A stretch of DNA of 64,000 nt from Neocallimastix sp. 'constans'. Taxonomy: Eukaryota. Under the pieces are notes generated by a model, which saw only the letters and a list, made by a program, of their open reading frames with translations, was not told where the DNA came from and did no database searches. This document shows, piece by piece, positions 55,991 to 64,000 of the stretch; positions within the stretch are counted from its first letter, which is position 1, and each line of letters opens with the position of its first letter. Made by a program: the position numbers and the translations under genes. The DNA is taken from positions 62,001 to 126,000 of the forward strand of contig JBODTK010000157.1 of the NCBI GenBank assembly GCA_050613775.1, given 5' to 3'.

Positions 55991-56185
55991 CCGGTGTGTA
56001 CTACCTTAGTTTCAGCCCTCCCTCAGGGGCAGTGGGAATATTAAGGTAGTCACACACTTCCTTTTCTGTAAAGGCAGAATTGTCCCTTATTGAACGACCT
56101 TACTGAGTGTTTCAGTATTGGCGATCTAACATGTATATTATTGCTTAGTAATCTTTTGAAGCTTGGTTTGTAATCTAACCCTTGA
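55991..56185. ncRNA. Structured GC-richer island; candidate ncRNA (possibly H/ACA U17/snR30-like, minus strand) or retroelement end
   Basis: Three hairpins: gtgtgtactacctta/taaggtagtcacacac with inner gccc/gggc; ttctg/cagaa; tactga/tcagta. Confidence 0.35.
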
Positions 56186-57902
56186 ATATTTAATTTTTAA
56201 ATAATACTACGAAATAATTTATTCGTTATTGATAATAATATATAAAAGACTTTTTTAATATTCTATTTGAAATGAATATTAAGTTTACAATGTATTATCT
56301 ATTAATTTATATCTGAATTTCCATAGAAAAAAAATTTTTCTATTTTAATATCAAATTCAATCATTCTAAAAAAAAAAGATTATATTATCATCAAAGTTTC
56401 TTACCTAATTATTACCAATTTTTTAAAGTTATTTTTATAAAAGTTTTCATATTATATGTATATATTATTTTTTTGAATATATTTTTTTTTATTTAAAATC
56501 AATCAATTTTAAAATAATAATATACTTTATAGATATTATTTATTATATTTAATGACTTATAGTAAACTAGAATGGAAGTTAAAATATTTATTTTTTAATA
56601 TTATTTTATTTTATGGTTTTTATTTTTTTTTTTTATTTTTTTACATTTTTATCAAGTTATTAATTACCTAACCTTTTCATATAAATATCCAAAAAAAGTT
56701 TTTTTTTGGTATGTTTCAAAATTGATTGGATAAAAATAGAGATTAAAAAAAAAAAAAAAAAAGTTCATAAATACCAAAAATTTCTTTTAATTAAAGATAA
56801 AACTTTTTTTTTTTTTTTTCATTTAAATAAATAGAATATTAGATTTAAAAATAAATTAAAAAAAGAAGAAGAAAATAATTATCCGATTCTTTTGTCTTTA
56901 GGAGACTTTTCAAGATTCCTTAAATAAAGTTTAGAAAGGAGTTTTCTATTCCTATAAAGGAAATTGATAAAAAAAAATAAATTCAAAAAATATTGATAAA
57001 TTTATATATTTTTTAATTAATTTATTATTTAATAAAGTTTAAAAGTTTATTTGAATAAATATTTTATATGTATATTATTAATATATTTTTATTTAATATT
57101 TATTTTATTTTTATTTTATATTTATTTTTATTTTATTTAATATTTATTTTATATTTATTTTATTTAATATTTATTTTATTTAATATTTATTTTATATTAT
57201 TTTTATATTTATTTTATTTTATATTTATTTTTTTATTTTATATTTATTTTATTTTATATTTGTATATGTATATGTATTTGTATTTGTATTTGTATTTGTT
57301 TTTGGATATTTCCTTTTCTTGTTTTTTTTTTTTCTTTTTTTACTTTTAATTTCCTTCTTTGATTTTTTATTTATTATAAATATTTATTAAAAAATTTCTT
57401 TATTGTATTTATTCAAATTTATATTGTTGTATATATATATATAATTATATTAATTATCATATTAATATTTAAAATGATTCATATATATAAATGTTCTTCA
57501 TTTCATTATTTAATATATTATATTACACGTTATTATTGTTCAATAATATTAAAAAAAAAATATGAAATAAAAAAATATATAACCTAGATAACATTAATTA
57601 ATTTTATAATGAAGAATATATTAAGAAAAGAAAAATATTAAAAAAAAAAAGATTTTCAAAATTTAATTAAAAATAATATATAAAAAATTAAAATAGCCAT
57701 TATCACTTACCAATAATAACTAATAAATGGCAGTATATTAAAATAAGATATAATAAATAAAAAGTATAATGATTAAATAATAATGTTATTTATTTATTTA
57801 TCTATTTATTTAATAATTAAACTTATATCAAATCTTTAACTTTTGAATGTATCATCAATAATCAATAGAATAAATAATAGAAAATAATAAAATAAAATAA
57901 TT

Positions 57903-58100
57903 AAATAATAAAATAATAAAATAATAAAAATAATAAAATAATAAAATAATAAAATAATAAAATAGTAAAATAATAAAATAATAAAATAATAAAATAATAA
58001 AATAATAAAATAATAAAATAATAAAATAATAAAATAATAAAATAATAAAATAATAAAATAATAAAATAATAAAATAATAAAATAATAAAATAATAAATAA
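57903..58100. repeat. (TAAAATAA)n 8-mer microsatellite
   Basis: Directly visible. Confidence 0.92.
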
Positions 58101-59247
58101 TAATATATAATAATAATATATAATAATAATATATAATAATAATCAATGAATAATCAATAAATAATAACAAATAGAATTGTTCACAAATAATGAATAATTA
58201 ATTATAATGAATCATATAATGAATAATTTATGATAAACAATATTAATTATTTATTAAAATATAATGTTTATAAGAAAAGTATTTATTTATAATGTGACAT
58301 GACAAATATTTGAAAAAGTATTCATTTATGATATGATAAATGATAGAAAAGAATTCATTTAACATAAAATAATTAACATTTCAGTCTATTATACTTCATT
58401 GATAATACAATTAGTATAATAATTATTTTTATTAAACGAATAGAATAAAATTTTTTTTCTATAATGATAATTTTTTATGAGATAATAATAATAAGTCTAA
58501 CCCATAATAATGCAATTTTTTTAACTTTAAAAACAAAAATTATTCAATAAAAGGGATTGTACATGTTAAGTCATTAAAATAATAATTAAAAGATATCTTT
58601 ACTAAAAAATTAAAAATTTCAATTTTTATTGTAATTATTATTATATTTTTTTTTTTTTTTGTTTTTTTACTATAATTATTAATTTTTATTATTTAGGTTG
58701 GGTTTCTATTTTTTTATTTTTTTTTAAGTTTATATCAATTTATATTTTAATTAAAATTTTTGGGAAAATTATTAAAATTTTTAAATAATAAAAGTTTAAA
58801 ATGCTTATTTCATTGGCCGTAATCTTTAATGGATTACGGCAAATTTCATACAAAAAAAAAATATTTATATATATATATAATAAAATAAAATAAATAAAAT
58901 AAATAAAATAAAATAAAGAGAGATTATCTCTTTTTTGATTTAAATCTTTTTATATCCTCTAATAATTATATACACATGGATGATGAATATGAATTATAAT
59001 AGAATAAAAATATAAATAATTTTATTTTAAACAAAAAAAAAAAAAAACTTTGTTTTATTTTTTTTGTAAAGAAAATATATATCATTATATTTATGATAAT
59101 AATAAAAAAAATAAAATAAAATACGTTAACGGTCACTGATAATTACTTTTAATTCAAATTTCCACTAAAATATCTTTTTTAAGAAAAAAAAAATAATTTA
59201 AAAAAAAAGATAAAAATAATAAATTTAATATTAATTAATTTTGAAAA

Positions 59248-59696
59248 AAAAAAAAATAGACTTGCACATATGGGTACCCATCTCCCATATGGCCATACAG
59301 TTATTAATTAACTGTAAGGTGATGAGTTATTGGCATACTGTATCAGCTTCGCCGCTCTCAATCGTCGTTACACACTGCCCGGAGATGCATTCCTAACGTT
59401 CCTACATATATCTCTAATGACCACGAGCATCAGAACGGAACCATTAACTCCTCCCTAGTGGGTGTAATCATTGGCGATTGGAAATTTTACAATCATCAAG
59501 GTCTATGCTTCAATTCAAAGCGTAGTATCAGGGTTGGGTGAAATAATCATCTGAGGGAAAGCCTTATGGACATCACGTGTGGTCTCATGATATCCCAGGA
59601 TAGAAACCTCATCCGATTATTTGGTGCCATGCCGAGGATTCGAACCCCGCCCTCTACAGTGACCTGTATCGTCCTAACCGACTGGACCAACATGGC
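59248..59696 (-). mobile_element. tRNA-derived SINE-like retroposon with oligo(T) tail and 16-bp TSD
   Basis: tRNA-like head 59696-59622; GC-richer ~365-nt body; T-run tail; direct repeat taattaattttgaaaa at 59232-59247 and 59697-59712. Confidence 0.85.
59622..59696 (-). tRNA. tRNA-like SINE head (pseudo-tRNA, 4-nt anticodon loop GTCA, encoded CCA); not a decoding tRNA
   Basis: GCCATGT-TG-GTCC AGTCGGTTA GGAC-GA-TACAG GTCA CTGTA-GAGGG-CGGGG TTCGAAT CCTCG-GCATGGC-A-CCA. Acceptor, D and T arms pair; A box TGGTCCAGTCGG and B box GGTTCGAATCC are intact. Confidence 0.75.
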
Positions 59697-59758
59697 TAAT
59701 TAATTTTGAAAATGACAAACGATTCTATTATCTTAATTTGAAGTTATTACTTCAAAAG

Positions 59759-60474
59759 TGATAATAGATGTATCAAGTTTGAATTAATATAAATTTAATA
59801 TAAATGAATTTATGTTATTATTATTAATAATTAAGTTTTTATTATTCTAGCTTAACACTGAATTGTTATTAATTTTTCAAAATTATACATTTCTTTTGTG
59901 TTTAGAATTAATTTTTATTATTATATTTATTAATTTTTATTATTATATTTATTAATTTTTTTTATTATTATTTATTAATTTTTATTATTATTTATTATTA
60001 TAATATTTGGTTATTATTTTTTTTATTACATTTCTAATAACAACGAGAAATTAATTTTATAAAATATTTACAAGTATTTATATTTTTACAATAATTTAAA
60101 GTATTTACAATTTTTAATAATAAAATAATTAAGAATAATTATATTTATAAAAATAAACAATAAAATAAACAAATAAACAATTAATACAAGAATTATTATA
60201 AACAAAGAATTCAAAATAATAAAAAAAAAAGAGAAAATTGTTTACAAACTATTTACTTTTAATTAAAAAGAGAAATTAATTAACATTAATATTTCATTAT
60301 TTTAAAAATTAAAATAGAATTAAAGTATAATTTCGAGTTTTAGAATTTAATTAAAATAAATTTTTTTATTATGATTTTAATTTCAAATTTTAATTTATTA
60401 ATTTGTTGTTGAATAGGTTAGATATTATTCAAGCTTTCTAATAATTTTATGCTTAAGAATTCCAATCTGTATCA
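59759..60474 (-). mobile_element. Putative 3' LTR of the Gypsy element
   Basis: Begins (minus strand) TGATACAGAT 12 nt after the pol stop; an imperfect inverted terminus TGATAATAGAT lies at 59759. The 5' LTR is outside the window, so the boundary is unconfirmed. Confidence 0.5.
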
Positions 60475-60486
60475 ATTCGTCGGCCC

Positions 60487-63400
60487 TTAAGAGATGACTT
60501 CGTCCCTTGAAGTCAAAGAATTTTCTTGAAGTACATATGGAAAAATATTTTTAATATGAACATTTCTATTTAAGAGTTTTCCAGTAGTTGGATCTTCTAA
60601 TACTAAGGTATTGAATTTTTGTTTATTAACAACTTTAAAAGGTCCGTAAAAGTAAGGATTTAATTTACTTCTTCCTATAAGTCTTATCATTACGTAATCT
60701 CCTGGTTTATATTTCTTCTTTAGTGCATTTTGAAATCCAATACGGTGTTCCCAATATTTATTTGCATATTCTGAATATTCAGTAGCCTGTTTTACCCAAT
60801 TTTGATGTCTTAAGAAACGTCGAAATATATATTCTTCTTCTGATTCATTTGGATCTTTATAAATATCGGGGAACATGACTTCTAATGGCCAAGTGTCGTG
60901 TCTGCCATAAAGTAATTCGAAACTACTAAATTTTGTTTTTGAATTTTTAGTAGTTCTTAAGGCCCATAAAGCCGATGGAAGATATTCATCCCATTCAGAC
61001 TCATTTTCTACTAATAATCTTAATAACTTCCCTATTTCTCTGTTTCGATTCTCAATCATTCCATTCGATTCAGGATGATGCGGGGAAACGTAATGAACCC
61101 ATGAACCATAAAGGTCAATCATCATCTTTGTTACTTCAGAGATAAAGGAACTACCATTGTCGGTAATTATTATTTCAGGTGGTCCATGTCTTGTAAATAT
61201 TTCAACAAGAAATTTTATTACTTCTTCGGATTTCATGTTCGGGATTGCTTTAGCTTCAACCCACTTGGTAAAATAATCGACTAAGGTTATTATATAATTG
61301 TTACCATTTTTAGTAGTTGGTAACGGTCCTATTATATCGAGTCCTACTCTAGTAAATGGTTGTTCAACAGGGGTAGCATTATCTCCAGAACTTTTTGGAA
61401 ATGGTTTAGGCCTGCATGTTTGACATTTGTGACAACTTTTTATCCACATTCTTACATCATTCCAAATGCCAGGCCAATAGTAAGATTGCATAATTCTATT
61501 AGTAGTTTTCTCTGCTCCTTCATGTCCTACTAAATGGGCACGATTAATAATATCCTTTTTGTCTTCATCTTTATAGATGACTTTTAAATAAAGATCATCT
61601 TTTTTATAATATAGAGTATTATCAACAACTTGATAATTCTTAGTGAAGTATTTTATTATACCTTCTGGTAGATCCAAATCCCTTGGATTAAAGTCGGCTA
61701 ATATTGCATTAGCGCATTGAATAATTCCTTTTGAATTTTTAGAAGGTAATCTTGATAACGCATCAGCGAATACATTTTTCTTTCCTTTCTCGTAAATAAG
61801 TTCAATCTTATATTTGTTAAATTCTTCTATCCATCTTGCATGACGATTAGAAGTAGGAATGCTTTTTTTGAAAAACCCAAGTAATGGTTTATGATCCGTA
61901 ATAAATTTTGTTAAATTTTTATTGCTTAATATATATTGACTAAAATATTTTAAACTAAATATAACAGCTAATCCTTCTAAGTCCGTTACGGAGTAATTCT
62001 TTTCAGATGTAGAGAGTGTTCTACTTACGCAACAGATAGGATGTTCAAGACTATCCTCTTCCTTCTGTAAAAGAACACCACCAATACCTTTAAGAGAAGC
62101 ATCAGTACGAATGATGAATTCCTTTTTAAAATCTGGGTAACTTAATATTGGATCATTAAGTAAACATTCTTTAATATTTTCAAAAGCTTCTTCGCATTCA
62201 TTTGACCATATATATTTTGAATTCTTTTTTAATAACTTAAAAAGAGGGTCAGCAATAATTGAGAAATTTTGAATAAATTTTCTATAATAACTAGCTAAAC
62301 CTAAAAAAGAACGAAGTTCACTTACATCTTTAGGATTGTCCCACAAAGCAATACTTTGTACTTTTGATGGAATTGTTTTTAATCCTTTTGATGTTAGAAC
62401 ATGACCTAATACTTCAACACTTTCTTGAAAGAATTTACATTTTTGTAAGTTAAGAGAAAGATTGTATTTAGAAAATATTTCAAAAGCTAACTTTAAATGT
62501 TTAAGATGTTCATCAAGAGTTCTTGAATAAATTACAATATCATCTAAGTAAACAAATAAACATTTACCGATTAAAGGAAGTAATATTCTATTCATCTCCC
62601 GTTGGAAGGTAGCGGGAGCATTGGTAAGGCCAAATGGCATTACTTTAAAATTGTAATTGCCGAATTTTGTGGTAAATGCTGTTTTCTCTATATCTTCTGG
62701 ATTCATTGGAATTTGATGATATCCAGAATATAAGTCTAATGCGGAGAATACCGTCGCACCATTTACTGAATAAATTAGTTCATCTATAAATGGTAGTGCG
62801 TAAGAATCTTTTATAGTAATTTCATTTAATTTGCGATAATCAATACACATTCTCCATTTCCCATTTTTCTTTTGAACTAATAGAACAGGAAAAGACCATG
62901 GAGAATGTGAAGGAACTATAAGTCCTTTTTCTAATAGTTTAATTATTTCCGATTTAAGAATATCTGCATGCTCTTTTGATAATTTGTATGGTTTTAATTT
63001 TATAGGTTTATTACTAATTGTCACAATTGAATGTGGTTCTAAATTAGCTGTACTTAATTGTGACATTGAAGTTGCCATACAGTTTTTATACTTCTCAATT
63101 AAATTTTTAAATTCTGTCTTAAATTTTTCCGGGACAGATTCAATAATTTTATTTAATGTATCGATGAACTCTTGTTGTTCATCTTTTTCTATAATAATGG
63201 AATTAACAAGAGGTATTTCTGATTTACTATTAATTATATAAGTTACTTGTTTAATTCCTTTCTTAATTTTCTGGTAGACAGCATCATCATCTGGATCTAT
63301 ATACAAACGATACTTTTTCTGAATTCCTCTACCAAATATAATTTCAAAATATGGATTCGTATAATTAATTACATAGAATTTTTCTGTAATAGTTAATCTA

Positions 63401-64000
63401 TTATTTACGTTTATTTTTAATTCAATGTAACTATTTGTAGTTACTTTAGTACCATCCACAATGGTAATATCTTCTAAATTTTCACATTGTTTAATTACTT
63501 TATGTTTTAGTTTGCCTAGACAATTATTTGTTATAACATTAACGTTTGCACCGGTATCGTATAAGATTTTAAATGTCTTATTATCTATTTCACCACAAAT
63601 AATAGGAAGACTTGTATTAGTTAAGGAACAAAGAATTTTCTCAACTCTTGGTTTACAACCTTGTTCAAGTTCTTTTCTAATGGACGGACTTGCAGATAAT
63701 AATTGAGATAAACTAATTTTTGGAAAAAGGTTATTAGCTTCTTCAGTTATACTAAACTTTTCATTTTCATTTAACATTTGGATATTGGTCATTTTTCTTT
63801 TCTTAATAGTTTTTGGTTTTTCTGATTCTTTTTCATTATTACTTTCAATATATGAGGCTCCATTAATCTCATTTTCATTGCTATTTTCTTCTTCATTAAC
63901 TTCCATCACTATATCATCACTAGTATTTGGTTCATTTTCTTCAGAATTGCTAAGCTTTCTTCTTCTAGCATCTTTAATTACTTTCTTTTGTTGTTTTACT
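60487..64000 (-). CDS. pol: Ty3/Gypsy (gag-)pol polyprotein: protease, RT, RNase H, integrase; frame open to the window edge
   Basis: Protease LYDTGA; RT WRMCIDYRKLN, MPFGLTNAPATFQ, YLDDI; RNase H TDAS..GIGGVL, ADALSR; integrase H..GH..C..C, GLDIIGP, TDNGS, NGMIE; GPF motif. Order PR-RT-RH-IN. 63910-64000 has no stop in the same frame. No chromodomain seen. Confidence 0.96.
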   Translation of the reverse strand, partial: VKQQKKVIKDARRRKLSNSEENEPNTSDDIVMEVNEEENSNENEINGASYIESNNEKESEKPKTIKKRKMTNIQMLNENEKFSITEEANNLFPKISLSQLLSASPSIRKELEQGCKPRVEKILCSLTNTSLPIICGEIDNKTFKILYDTGANVNVITNNCLGKLKHKVIKQCENLEDITIVDGTKVTTNSYIELKINVNNRLTITEKFYVINYTNPYFEIIFGRGIQKKYRLYIDPDDDAVYQKIKKGIKQVTYIINSKSEIPLVNSIIIEKDEQQEFIDTLNKIIESVPEKFKTEFKNLIEKYKNCMATSMSQLSTANLEPHSIVTISNKPIKLKPYKLSKEHADILKSEIIKLLEKGLIVPSHSPWSFPVLLVQKKNGKWRMCIDYRKLNEITIKDSYALPFIDELIYSVNGATVFSALDLYSGYHQIPMNPEDIEKTAFTTKFGNYNFKVMPFGLTNAPATFQREMNRILLPLIGKCLFVYLDDIVIYSRTLDEHLKHLKLAFEIFSKYNLSLNLQKCKFFQESVEVLGHVLTSKGLKTIPSKVQSIALWDNPKDVSELRSFLGLASYYRKFIQNFSIIADPLFKLLKKNSKYIWSNECEEAFENIKECLLNDPILSYPDFKKEFIIRTDASLKGIGGVLLQKEEDSLEHPICCVSRTLSTSEKNYSVTDLEGLAVIFSLKYFSQYILSNKNLTKFITDHKPLLGFFKKSIPTSNRHARWIEEFNKYKIELIYEKGKKNVFADALSRLPSKNSKGIIQCANAILADFNPRDLDLPEGIIKYFTKNYQVVDNTLYYKKDDLYLKVIYKDEDKKDIINRAHLVGHEGAEKTTNRIMQSYYWPGIWNDVRMWIKSCHKCQTCRPKPFPKSSGDNATPVEQPFTRVGLDIIGPLPTTKNGNNYIITLVDYFTKWVEAKAIPNMKSEEVIKFLVEIFTRHGPPEIIITDNGSSFISEVTKMMIDLYGSWVHYVSPHHPESNGMIENRNREIGKLLRLLVENESEWDEYLPSALWALRTTKNSKTKFSSFELLYGRHDTWPLEVMFPDIYKDPNESEEEYIFRRFLRHQNWVKQATEYSEYANKYWEHRIGFQNALKKKYKPGDYVMIRLIGRSKLNPYFYGPFKVVNKQKFNTLVLEDPTTGKLLNRNVHIKNIFPYVLQENSLTSRDEVIS

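Noticed and set aside
56065..56185. U5 loop-like GCCTTTAC (minus) and telomerase-template-like CTAACCCT (plus)
   Set aside because: U5 loop I needs GCCUUUUAC in a longer stem with an Sm site; an 8-nt template match without a pseudoknot is expected by chance.
59622..59696. Functional tRNA-Asp(GTC) gene
   Set aside because: The anticodon loop has 4 nt instead of 7, no terminator follows directly, and it lies inside a TSD-flanked element.

Overview
Eukaryotic, extremely AT-rich DNA. The intronless secreted CAZyme, the codon usage and the long A/T and AAT tracts point to an anaerobic gut fungus (Neocallimastigomycota); this is an inference. Intact genes: four head-to-tail, nearly identical GH1 beta-glucosidases (8730, 21854, 29848, 39538); one secreted CBM18 + Thr-linker + bacterial-type 'choice-of-anchor A' protein (49354-50934, minus); and a Ty3/Gypsy pol ORF that runs off the right edge. 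A fifth, decayed GH1 relic sits at about 37.0-37.5 kb. The rest is retroelement debris (three LINE lineages, a copia remnant), AAT-type satellites and minisatellites. Most unusual signals: (1) a tRNA-headed, oligo(T)-tailed SINE-like Pol III unit with a 16-bp TSD, an encoded CCA and a collapsed anticodon loop, about 60 bp from a putative Gypsy LTR; (2) a two-copy ~155-bp core that on the minus strand folds into a hairpin of alternating Watson-Crick and tandem G.A steps, one copy being the apex of a ~550-bp palindrome; (3) GH1 identity that stops at the start and stop codons, with mutually incompatible SNP patterns suggesting CDS-restricted gene conversion, plus a shared upstream motif. All alignments and folds were done by eye, so boundaries of degenerate elements are approximate.
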